DNA from: a virus
Lineage: Duplodnaviria; Caudoviricetes
Length of the DNA: 64,000 bases
Virus record (IMG/VR): IMGVR_UViG_3300032321_000388
Coordinates: 32,001-96,000 of that record
Reading direction: 5' to 3' (one strand)
A program made the position numbers and the translations under genes. The notes beneath the pieces are model-generated. The model saw only the letters and a list, made by a program, of their open reading frames with translations. It was not told where the DNA came from and did no database searches. Numbering within the stretch: position 1 is the first letter of the stretch; every line of letters begins with the position of its first letter. This document shows, in pieces, positions 25,666 to 34,339 of this stretch.

Positions 25666-27418
25666 ATGTGGCGAATCTGGATCTATAATACGACCTAATA
25701 GAAGTCTCTTGAGATCTAATAGGAGTTTTCATTATAGTATTTTGAGTTTGCTTAGTTATTGTTGTTGGAGCATTCACGATATTATTTTGTGCTGTATCTT
25801 TACTGTTAAGTTTTGCCGCATCATTCTCAGCTGATTGGTTATAAACTGATTCTGATGTTTGTTTAACTTTTGTTTCAGCTTTTGCAAATTCATCTGCTTT
25901 AGTTAACTGTTCTTTAGTTGCATATGTTTGTCCAATACCTAAGAATCCAGTTCCTTTCTTAGCATATTGAGCTCGTCTTGGATCCCATACATAGCCTTGT
26001 TTTTCCATGAATTCAGATCGTTTACCAGCTAATGGATCGCCTTGAGCTTCTTTAATACCCATCTTGTCAAGTTTAGCTTGAGCTTCTGCTGAACCATTCT
26101 TAGCGGCTGCTTGCAGATCTCTTATTGCTTCATCTTTAGCATTTTCAGCAGCAACAGTTGGATCTTGGAATTCTGAGAAAGCTCCTTGTTGATACTGTTG
26201 GGATTGAGCTTCAGCCCTAGTAGTTCCTTCCATATCTCCCTTTTTAGCGGCTGCTGATGCTTTTTTCTGAGCAGAACCGACTGCAGCTATAGATGCTACA
26301 CCAGCTAGTAAGCTTAAACCAGCAAACAAACCAGCTCCTCCACCTAATAAACTACCACCCTTAGGAACACCTTTTGCTCCTTTAACTTTATTCATTAGTC
26401 TACCAAGAGTACCACCACCAGAACCTTTGTCTTCTGATTCTATACCCTTAATAGCAGCAAGCATATCTTTATCTGATTTTGCTTTTCGTTTATTCTCATC
26501 TTCGGTAAGGACTACTAATTTATCTAATGATTCATTATTAGCAACAAATAGATCTGATTGCTCTTGATCTTGTTCAGACACATCGTTCTTTTTACCTAGT
26601 TTTTCTTTTTCCAATAGACCAAGGCTCTCACCTTTATATCTTGGATCTGTATTAATAAGTTTAGTTGCGGCAACATCTCTTTTTTCGATCTGTCTACCAC
26701 CACCAGTAGTTCTTTGAATCTCTTCTTCTGACATGCCAGAAGCTCGTAATGCTTCTAGTCTTTCTTGTTCTGTTTGAAGTTCGCGTTTTGATTGAGATGC
26801 TTCTTTAGCTTTTTGTAGATAGAATGCATCAACTTTAGATTGACTTCCGCCAAATTGAGATAGGTTCTTCATTTGTGGATTGAGTTTACCCATTACATCG
26901 GCTGATCGTTTTTCTTCTTCACGAACTGCAAGATACTTATCAACAAATCCACCTGAACCTTTTGTAACTAAACCTGTAGTTTCAGCCAAACCTCTAAGAC
27001 TACCAAACTTATATCGATATGAATTAGCATCAAACTTATTACCGCCGCGACCCATAAATTTGTCTTTAATTCTTTGGCCAATAGATCTATAGTCTAATGG
27101 TTGTTCTCCAGCTAGCTGTTCACCACGTTGGCTTGATACGTTTGATGGACCTGATTTACCAGTTCCTAATGAAGATCTAGTTATAACATTATTGAGACGT
27201 TCTAGGTTCTTATTGAGTTTCTTTTGACTGTCTAATATGGCCTTATCAGATTTAATAAGCTTTTCAATGTTCTTAGCTCCACCACCAGCAGAAGGCGCAC
27301 CTTCTTTTGTTAGCATCTTGCTAAGTTGCTCAGCAGTTACTTTCTCAGGAGCTGATAGTTTTTGTTTCTCAGCTAATTTCTTCTGAGCTTCTACTAGTTC
27401 GTTAAATGATATTGCCAT
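25664..27418 (-). CDS. Putative tape measure / baseplate hub protein (gp29-like)
   Basis: 584 aa, helical and Gly/Ala-rich, ends NNIVNAPT; lies downstream of the gp26/gp51-like pair. Confidence 0.6.
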   Translation of the reverse strand: MAISFNELVEAQKKLAEKQKLSAPEKVTAEQLSKMLTKEGAPSAGGGAKNIEKLIKSDKAILDSQKKLNKNLERLNNVITRSSLGTGKSGPSNVSSQRGEQLAGEQPLDYRSIGQRIKDKFMGRGGNKFDANSYRYKFGSLRGLAETTGLVTKGSGGFVDKYLAVREEEKRSADVMGKLNPQMKNLSQFGGSQSKVDAFYLQKAKEASQSKRELQTEQERLEALRASGMSEEEIQRTTGGGRQIEKRDVAATKLINTDPRYKGESLGLLEKEKLGKKNDVSEQDQEQSDLFVANNESLDKLVVLTEDENKRKAKSDKDMLAAIKGIESEDKGSGGGTLGRLMNKVKGAKGVPKGGSLLGGGAGLFAGLSLLAGVASIAAVGSAQKKASAAAKKGDMEGTTRAEAQSQQYQQGAFSEFQDPTVAAENAKDEAIRDLQAAAKNGSAEAQAKLDKMGIKEAQGDPLAGKRSEFMEKQGYVWDPRRAQYAKKGTGFLGIGQTYATKEQLTKADEFAKAETKVKQTSESVYNQSAENDAAKLNSKDTAQNNIVNAPTTITKQTQNTIMKTPIRSQETSIRSYYRSRFAT

Positions 27419-27555
27419 TAGTTACTCTCTAATCTGTTCTTTTCTTCTTCTAGATGTTTAATTAACATTGCAGTATAAATTTCTCTCTCAAATGGTATCA
27501 TATCTTCAATCTCAGTCAACGAATACTTATGGTATTGCATGAGAGCGAAGTTCAT
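27418..27555 (-). CDS. 51: gp51-like baseplate hub assembly protein (probably the -1 frameshift extension of the upstream gene)
   Basis: Read by hand: (SHESLANYYK)MNFALMQYHKYSLTEIEDMIPFEREIYTAMLIKHLEEEKNRLESN. Confidence 0.8.
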   Translation of the reverse strand: MNFALMQYHKYSLTEIEDMIPFEREIYTAMLIKHLEEEKNRLESN

Positions 27556-27593
27556 TTTATAATAATTTGCCAAGCTCTCGTGACTGAGATTAA

Positions 27594-28307
27594 TTAAAAA
27601 AAACTTTGGAGTCCCTCCATTGTTTTTTCATGGTGCTTGCCACAAACTGGACAATCATATTCTATCTTTTGACTCATCTTAGGCATATTAGCAAAGAACT
27701 CTTCGATCTTACCAAATTGCTGTTGAGTCAGATTCTCAAGGAATTCTGTAACTTCTTGTTTAGTCTGATCCTTAATATAGAATAGTTCTTCATTAGTATA
27801 GATATAATCTACACAACTAGAAACTACTTCAAATATACTGTCAACATCGCCTTTACCCGCTTCTTCAAATTTCTCTAATACATCAATTGATGGGTATTTC
27901 ATAACCACACCAACATCATCAAATAATTCTATTTTATTACTATGTGTTTCTGGAATATCTACTCTAAATTGAGATATATCTAGACTGACGTTTGCTTTTG
28001 CTTTTTCGTCTTCACATGTATCACAGAGGAATAATAATTCTACTATTTCTCCAACAGACTTAGATCTAATTTGAGTAAATAGATACTCAAAGTCAAATAT
28101 AGCGAGATCATCGACTTCGATCTTTTCTACTAGGCAATCATTAATAATGGATTTTAGTGTATTCACCATTACTTTTGAATCTTCAGATTGCTGAGCTAGT
28201 AATAAAGCCTTTTCTTCTTTAACTAAGAACGGTCTAAATTTAACCTCTTTCTTAGTAGACGGTATTGTAGTTGTATACAACGGCGTCTTCATTATTGGTA
28301 AAGCCAT
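27594..28307 (-). CDS. 26: gp26-like baseplate hub / tail assembly protein
   Basis: MALP...FRPFLVKEEKALL, FDFEYLFTQIRSKSVGE, CPVCG...EGLQSFF. Confidence 0.82.
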   Translation of the reverse strand: MALPIMKTPLYTTTIPSTKKEVKFRPFLVKEEKALLLAQQSEDSKVMVNTLKSIINDCLVEKIEVDDLAIFDFEYLFTQIRSKSVGEIVELLFLCDTCEDEKAKANVSLDISQFRVDIPETHSNKIELFDDVGVVMKYPSIDVLEKFEEAGKGDVDSIFEVVSSCVDYIYTNEELFYIKDQTKQEVTEFLENLTQQQFGKIEEFFANMPKMSQKIEYDCPVCGKHHEKTMEGLQSFF

Positions 28308-28308
28308 A

Positions 28309-28740
28309 CTATTCTCCTTTATTCATCTTATTAATTAATTGACTCAATTCACTTGTACTTCCCACGAAAATCGCGTTATTATTTGTTACCTGTTTACCTG
28401 GACCCTGATCAACTTGTTTTGGGGTATCCATCTTTTGTTTCTTCTCAGATAACTTAAGTAGCTGTTCGTTAGTATCAGCTAATTGTTTCATCAGATTACC
28501 TACAACCTCAAAAGCTCTAGGATGCTCAGACTGCTTGGCTATTTCCAAAGCATGATATAAAGCATCCTGACCTTGATTCAATAGTTTATGTAGATTATTT
28601 CTACTAATGTCATAGTCATAATCTATATTTTCTTCAATCTTTTTATTTTCAGGTATAATTTCTGTACCTGAACTAACAACTTCACCTTGTTTAAGGGGCT
28701 CGACTCCGAACACCTTAGACAAGCTATTATCTGGATTCAT
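28309..28740 (-). CDS. 16: Terminase small subunit gp16
   Basis: DYDISRNNL, SEHPRAFEVVGNLMK, NNAIFVGSTSEL. Confidence 0.85.
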   Translation of the reverse strand: MNPDNSLSKVFGVEPLKQGEVVSSGTEIIPENKKIEENIDYDYDISRNNLHKLLNQGQDALYHALEIAKQSEHPRAFEVVGNLMKQLADTNEQLLKLSEKKQKMDTPKQVDQGPGKQVTNNNAIFVGSTSELSQLINKMNKGE

Positions 28741-28741
28741 T

Positions 28742-29260
28742 TTATGTTATTTTCCTCGTTGGAGTTGTTCTAACTGTTTGAGCAGTTTGAACTTCTGGTT
28801 CACTATATTCTTCTGCACTTGGTGGAGCTGGAGGTGTGGAAGGAGTAGAATTATTTACAACCATAGGTGCTTGTGTTGGGAACACTGGTCTAGGCGGCGG
28901 AACGGCCGCTTCAGACTTTTTTGATGATGAGTATGCATTAGCACCAAAGAAAGCTGCAACCAAAGCTGAGATAGCTACAAAGTATGTTGGAGCAATATTG
29001 CCAATAATAGTTGCTGCATCGTCTACATCTAACCATGAAGCAATAACAATAGTTACTGGATAGAGTAACATACCCCATAAAGCAAACCATGTCATCTTAC
29101 GCATAGCATCGCGTTGAGCATCTTGATCTTCGAGCTCTCTACGTTTAAACTCTAGATACATTGCTAGTTCTTGGCTACTAACGTAACCGTCTCCATTTGT
29201 ATCTGCTTCTGCTAATTGATGATAAGCATTATCACTTACACCTTGTTTTAAATCTGCCAT
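28742..29260 (-). CDS. EF-hand two-TM membrane protein with Pro-rich tail
   Basis: DTNGDGYVSSQE loop; two hydrophobic helices; AAGGA RBS before ATG 29260. Confidence 0.7.
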   Translation of the reverse strand: MADLKQGVSDNAYHQLAEADTNGDGYVSSQELAMYLEFKRRELEDQDAQRDAMRKMTWFALWGMLLYPVTIVIASWLDVDDAATIIGNIAPTYFVAISALVAAFFGANAYSSSKKSEAAVPPPRPVFPTQAPMVVNNSTPSTPPAPPSAEEYSEPEVQTAQTVRTTPTRKIT

Positions 29261-29270
29261 TTTATATCCT

Positions 29271-30011
29271 TTAAATAAATGTGCTTCCACGGCCTACTGA
29301 AGCGGTTTCTGATGAGAATAATGAAGATCTTCCTTGTTCAAATGAGTTAAATCCGGTTTGGAATACGTTAAAATTTGTAAAATAAGTACTTGGTATCTTC
29401 ATAGCATCACCAAGGAATCCGCCGTTTAAGAATGAAGAACCCTGCGTAGCATTTGACAATGAACTTCCTGATGATGAAGAGCTTAAAGCTGAAGATTGCC
29501 AATACTTGTAGTTCATAGATACTGATAATTTCATAACTTCTTTATTGCCATAATCCATCTGAACAGCATTGAGCGTTTTAGGATATGCTTGGAATAAAGT
29601 CACAGCGTATTTACTTTTATTTGCTATATCATAAACAGCAATAGTAATATCTGTGGTATAATCTTTGTAGTAATTGAATGTTCTTGAAACTGGATCTTGA
29701 ATTGCATTCATCCAAGCATCAAATAAAAGCTTAACACTCATATTGTTATCAACATAGAATCCCATATTGATATTATCGTACTGCTTCTGATAAGGCATCT
29801 CACGAACCTCACCAAATGTCTTTGCCTGTGTAGTTTCAACTGTCAAACCTGGAAGATTGACATTATCACAGTATAGTAATATCTTTCTTAGATCTTGAGA
29901 ATATTTTCCAGGACCAATCACACTAGGTAATGAAAAGGATACAGCGAACCTTGAAGATCGCATTAATCCTTCGGACTTAACTGATGATATAAATTCGTTT
30001 AATGTTGACAT
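29271..30011 (-). CDS. 54: Baseplate tail-tube initiator gp54-like
   Basis: GLMRSSRF, CDNVNLPG, FDAWM, YYKDY, LFQAYPK (tube-protein fold). Confidence 0.7.
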   Translation of the reverse strand: MSTLNEFISSVKSEGLMRSSRFAVSFSLPSVIGPGKYSQDLRKILLYCDNVNLPGLTVETTQAKTFGEVREMPYQKQYDNINMGFYVDNNMSVKLLFDAWMNAIQDPVSRTFNYYKDYTTDITIAVYDIANKSKYAVTLFQAYPKTLNAVQMDYGNKEVMKLSVSMNYKYWQSSALSSSSSGSSLSNATQGSSFLNGGFLGDAMKIPSTYFTNFNVFQTGFNSFEQGRSSLFSSETASVGRGSTFI

Positions 30012-30298
30012 TAGCAATTCCACTTACGTAATGCTTTATTGATCCTTGAATCAGGATCATGTGCAGTTTTGGCTGATGTTAGTCTCTTTTTCATTCCACC
30101 CATACGAGCACAGAATGATTTACGACGGTTTGCCGCTTTGCTACCAGCTTTTAACTTTGAAGGTTTAGTAGTAACTGCAGTTTGTAAATGCCCACCAGTT
30201 TTTCTGTTATAAGCATCAACACCCTTTTGTGTCATGCCTCCAGCATCGCTAAAATGACCCTTTTTGTCTTCTTCTAAATATTCTTTGAATGTTAGCAT
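30011..30298 (-). CDS. Conserved small basic phage protein (DUF6321-like)
   Basis: GGMTQKG, RRKSFCARMGG, SRINKALRKWNC. Confidence 0.7.
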   Translation of the reverse strand: MLTFKEYLEEDKKGHFSDAGGMTQKGVDAYNRKTGGHLQTAVTTKPSKLKAGSKAANRRKSFCARMGGMKKRLTSAKTAHDPDSRINKALRKWNC

Positions 30299-30301
30299 AT
30301 C

Positions 30302-30889
30302 TTACCTCATTGAATCCTTCCAAACTGTTGCTTTGCTTGCTCCTACAAACTGTTCTACAGGTAAAAGCATTGCTGTTGCCCAATCTTCTGGACTTATTTT
30401 TCTTAATGTTGATTTCAAATGAGACTTGAGATACCTCTTAATACAAGGTTCTGCCCATTTAAACTTACCAACTCCGTTAATCAAAGCCCAAGAATACTTA
30501 ATCTTGGTAGTTTCATCCATTTTCTTATTATTTGCAAATTCCATTAATCTTTGTAGCAATATAACTCGCTGTTGATATGGTAGATAATGCATATTTAAAC
30601 CAATGAATCCATCCTGAGTCTTTTTGAATGGAAAAACTAAAGGAAATACGTCGTAGTACGGTAGATCTTCTTTAGTCTTTGGATCATATAGAAACATATA
30701 CAAACTTCCAGGTTGAACAGTACTAACATTTCTACTTGGATCGCCATTTAATACCTTATTTGGCGTTGGATTCTGCAGTTGAAGCATTCTAGCCTGTTGT
30801 TGAAACCAGGATTTAGAACGATTTGCCGCTATCTTCAAGTCATATTGGTTCTTTTTAAATATGTCTTTTAAATTTTGTTGATTAGCCAT
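30302..30889 (-). CDS. 2: DNA end protector gp2
   Basis: YMFLYDPKTK..LPYYDVFPLV, GLNMHYLP, CIKRYL. Confidence 0.9.
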   Translation of the reverse strand: MANQQNLKDIFKKNQYDLKIAANRSKSWFQQQARMLQLQNPTPNKVLNGDPSRNVSTVQPGSLYMFLYDPKTKEDLPYYDVFPLVFPFKKTQDGFIGLNMHYLPYQQRVILLQRLMEFANNKKMDETTKIKYSWALINGVGKFKWAEPCIKRYLKSHLKSTLRKISPEDWATAMLLPVEQFVGASKATVWKDSMR

Positions 30890-30894
30890 GTTAT

Positions 30895-30902
30895 TATTTA
30901 TA
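30895..30902 (-). promoter_or_regulatory. Late promoter for gene 2
   Basis: TATAAATA on the - strand, 5 nt before the ATG. Confidence 0.7.
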
Positions 30903-30906
30903 TGAT

Positions 30907-31341
30907 CTACAGACCTAATTCATTCTCGGTTATAAGGACAAACTCATATCCGCGGTCTTTACAGTATTCATTTGCAGCTTTCCATTTAGCTTGGTTTTTA
31001 ATAAATGTTAATGATTCTGACAGGTAATGTTTAGTCTGTCTACCAGGGAATACTGGAGGTTGTGTTTGTTTAGATGGTTTAACTTCTACCAGATAGGTCT
31101 TAATCTGATTATCTCTGTTTTTAACCTTTATCTTAAAGTCAATAAAGTACCTATGAAGTCTATTGTCTGTTGGGCATCTGTAAGGCACGACAGTCTCTTC
31201 AGAACACCACTTAACTACTGATGGGTTCTTATCACACCAGGAAGCAAATCGAGTCTCCCAACTAGATCTCATTATAATATTAGTTGGGTCACCCTCATAC
31301 TTCTCAGGGAACATTGGTTTGTACATTCGTTTATGAAACAT
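30907..31341 (-). CDS. 4: Head completion nuclease gp4
   Basis: PEKYEGDPTNIIMRSSWE, HRYFIDF, VEVKP, NQAKWKAA, ITENEL. Confidence 0.92.
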   Translation of the reverse strand: MFHKRMYKPMFPEKYEGDPTNIIMRSSWETRFASWCDKNPSVVKWCSEETVVPYRCPTDNRLHRYFIDFKIKVKNRDNQIKTYLVEVKPSKQTQPPVFPGRQTKHYLSESLTFIKNQAKWKAANEYCKDRGYEFVLITENELGL

Positions 31342-31347
31342 ATCTCA

Positions 31348-31364
31348 TATTTATCATATAAATA
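31348..31364. promoter_or_regulatory. Back-to-back divergent late promoters
   Basis: GATAAATA (- strand, 31348-31355) and TATAAATA (+ strand, 31357-31364). Confidence 0.65.
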
Positions 31365-31388
31365 ATAAATAAATGTTTAGGAATAGAT

Positions 31389-32555
31389 ATGGCTTTTAAT
31401 TTAAATAGCAAATACGCTCAGCCAGGCAATCCATTAAATGCAGGTACAAATAAACCAGCAGGTAATAATGGTCCGTCAGTTAATTTAGGTGACTACTCTG
31501 GTAGTAAGACGTACAAATCTAGAGGTGGAGCAGGAACTTTTGATGCTAACAAATATCAAATAGAAAATTTATCATATCCAACTGATCTAATGGGATCTTT
31601 AGGAGAATATGGTAATAACTATGTGATATTCTATATTAATGTGGCTGAAGATTCTAAACTAATCAAAGATAAACAGGTAGAAGTTGTTGAAGATTCTACT
31701 CCAAGAGATTATGGTGATTTGGCAGCTATCTCACAACAAGCTAATTTAGGTACTGTTGGAGCAGTTGGAGCAGCCGCTCTTCCAGCAATTACAACATTAG
31801 CAGTTTCTGGCAATCTCAAATCAAAAGCTACAGCGGCAACATTAGGTACAGCAGTTGCTGGCGGTCTAGCTTTACAAAATCTAGGAGCAACTTTCTCAGG
31901 TCAGAAGAAAAGATTAAAAACTGCGATTGCTCTTCATACTCCTAATACGTTAAGTACAAAATACACAATGAATTATGAGGAAGAAAATCTTGATGTATTT
32001 GGTGGTCTTATAGCAGGTACTAGCGCTCTTAAGAAAGCTGCTGAGAAAAAGGGTATGAGTAATATTATGAAGGATCTGGCTAATCAAGGAGCGGCTGCGG
32101 TTGCTGCCGCCGGATTAAATGTTCCAGGAACTGCTGGCCTTTCAAGACTTACTGGTTTAGCCGCTAACCCAAGAAAAGAACAGATATTTAAAGCAGTTGA
32201 GTTTAGAGTATTTCAGTTTGACTATCAATTCTATCCAAGGGATGCTCAAGAAGCTCAAAATGTTTTAGACATTATCTATCAATTTAAGTTACATATGCAT
32301 CCAGAATTTAAAGATGCAAATAACTTCTTATACATCTATCCATCTGAGTTTGATATATTCTATTATAATGGAACTCAAGAGAATATGAATATCAATCGTC
32401 ATACATCATGTGTACTAACAGATCTAAGTGTTGATTATTCTCCAAATGGCCAATTTACTTCTTTCTCTGATGGGATGCCAACACAAATCAATATCTCATT
32501 AGTGTTTAAAGAACTTGCAACTCTTACAAAAGAGAAGATTCAGGACGGACTATAA
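31389..32555 (+). CDS. 48: Baseplate tail-tube cap gp48
   Basis: LSYPTDL, NPRKEQIFKAVEFRVFQF, CVLTDLSVDYSPNG, FKEL. Confidence 0.85.
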   Translation: MAFNLNSKYAQPGNPLNAGTNKPAGNNGPSVNLGDYSGSKTYKSRGGAGTFDANKYQIENLSYPTDLMGSLGEYGNNYVIFYINVAEDSKLIKDKQVEVVEDSTPRDYGDLAAISQQANLGTVGAVGAAALPAITTLAVSGNLKSKATAATLGTAVAGGLALQNLGATFSGQKKRLKTAIALHTPNTLSTKYTMNYEEENLDVFGGLIAGTSALKKAAEKKGMSNIMKDLANQGAAAVAAAGLNVPGTAGLSRLTGLAANPRKEQIFKAVEFRVFQFDYQFYPRDAQEAQNVLDIIYQFKLHMHPEFKDANNFLYIYPSEFDIFYYNGTQENMNINRHTSCVLTDLSVDYSPNGQFTSFSDGMPTQINISLVFKELATLTKEKIQDGL

Positions 32556-32558
32556 TTT

Positions 32559-33047
32559 ATGTACTTCGACAACTTTCCTACGTTCTTATATCCTTTTAAG
32601 GTTAATAACAAGACTGAGTATAAACTAGTCAGAGATATATCACAAAATGTTCGTGTTAGAAAAGAAATTCTAGCCAATATTACATTATATGATGAGTATG
32701 ATATTAGAGAAGGAGAAACTCCAGAAATTATTGCTGAAAAAGTATATGGTTCTCCATCATATCATTGGGTAATTATGCTATGTAATGAACGTTATAACTA
32801 TGTTGATGATTATCCATTAACTCAATATGAATTAGAAAAACATATTACAGACAAATATGGATCTGGAAATGAATATAATACACATCATTATATTGATGCT
32901 AATAGTCATATTGTAGATTCTACTCAAGGTGTATCAATTTCTAATTATGATTATGAAACTAGTTTGAATGAAAGTAAACGAAGAATTAAACTTATTTCTC
33001 CAACCCTTCTCAACACTATTCTTAAAAACTTTAAAGATATTATATAA
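32559..33047 (+). CDS. 53: Baseplate wedge gp53
   Basis: MYFDNFP, GETPEIIAEKVYG...HWVIML, NESKRRIKLI. Confidence 0.9.
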   Translation: MYFDNFPTFLYPFKVNNKTEYKLVRDISQNVRVRKEILANITLYDEYDIREGETPEIIAEKVYGSPSYHWVIMLCNERYNYVDDYPLTQYELEKHITDKYGSGNEYNTHHYIDANSHIVDSTQGVSISNYDYETSLNESKRRIKLISPTLLNTILKNFKDII

Positions 33048-34339
33048 TGGCTGATTCTGAAGTAATACGGTTTGCTGGCGACGTCAGCATCGATAAGATT
33101 GAGATCATCTCGGCTACCGGATACGGTATGGAGGTGTCTAACCAAGTTGCTGCTTTGGAGATATACGAAGATTTATTTTCTCCCTTTATTTCAGGTGTTT
33201 TAGCTTTAAAAGATTCTTTAGATCTTGCCAACTTATTTCCGTTTGTTGGAGAAGAGTATGTCAATATCAAGATCCATACTCCATCATTTACAGGTAAGGA
33301 TAAGATTATAGATGACCAATTTGTTATCTATAAGATGTCTAATCGCGAGATGGCCGGTGATCGTAATCTTATCTATGAACTACATTTTATATCAAGAGAA
33401 GCTTTAGTTGATTTAAACAAAAAGGTTAGTATTTGTTATCAAGGTAAATGTTCAGACATTGCCAAGTCAATTATCACTGATAAACTTAATGGACTAGAAT
33501 CAAATAAGAATGCTATTATTGAAGACACTCCAAATGGTGTTAAGTTTATTGCAAATTACTGGCCACCAGTTCAATCATTAAACTACGCAGCTGAGACTTC
33601 AGCAAATGCTACTGGAGCAGCTTCATATATATTCTTTGAGAATAGACATGGACTAAACTTCGTCTCATTAGATCTTTTATATAAATCATCAGTAACACAA
33701 AACTTTATCTATGACGCCTACATGAGAGACTTTACTACAGATGGTAGATCTTTTAGAAATGTTGAGGAAGAATATAAACGTGTAGTTGAAATTAGTATTC
33801 CTACAGTTTATGATTATATGGATAGAGCAAGATCTGGTATGTTTGCTTCTAAAATGAGCAATTATGACTTAACTACAAAAAAACATGTAGTTAAAAATTA
33901 TGACATGTTAGATGACTTTGCAAATAATAAACATCTAAATGATTATCCAGTAGCTTCAAAGAAAGCTATTCGTAGAGCAAATGCCATGACATTTACATAC
34001 CCAAAGTATCATGGTAACTTTAATAACTTTGGTGATGTGACAAATGCAAAGACTATTCAAAAGCGCATATCATTGATTGCCCAAGCTGAAGCAACAAAGG
34101 TAGAGATTGTAGTTCCAGGTAGAACTGATTATACTGTTGGCCAAAAGGTTAACTTAAAACTAAACAAATTTAATCCTATTGAAGGTACAGATACTACTAA
34201 AGAAACTACTGATAATATGTTATCAGGTAATTATCTAATATCTGCAATTAATCATTTTATTGATAGAGAAAAACATCAATGCCATATAGAATTAATAAAA
34301 GACTCATACATAGTTGATTTGGATAAAGGCGCTAAATAA
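33047..34339 (+). CDS. Baseplate hub protein (gp27-like)
   Basis: IYEDLFSPFISG, FFENRHGLNFVSL, VPG, SGNYLISAINH; located between genes 53 and 5. Confidence 0.7.
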   Translation: MADSEVIRFAGDVSIDKIEIISATGYGMEVSNQVAALEIYEDLFSPFISGVLALKDSLDLANLFPFVGEEYVNIKIHTPSFTGKDKIIDDQFVIYKMSNREMAGDRNLIYELHFISREALVDLNKKVSICYQGKCSDIAKSIITDKLNGLESNKNAIIEDTPNGVKFIANYWPPVQSLNYAAETSANATGAASYIFFENRHGLNFVSLDLLYKSSVTQNFIYDAYMRDFTTDGRSFRNVEEEYKRVVEISIPTVYDYMDRARSGMFASKMSNYDLTTKKHVVKNYDMLDDFANNKHLNDYPVASKKAIRRANAMTFTYPKYHGNFNNFGDVTNAKTIQKRISLIAQAEATKVEIVVPGRTDYTVGQKVNLKLNKFNPIEGTDTTKETTDNMLSGNYLISAINHFIDREKHQCHIELIKDSYIVDLDKGAK

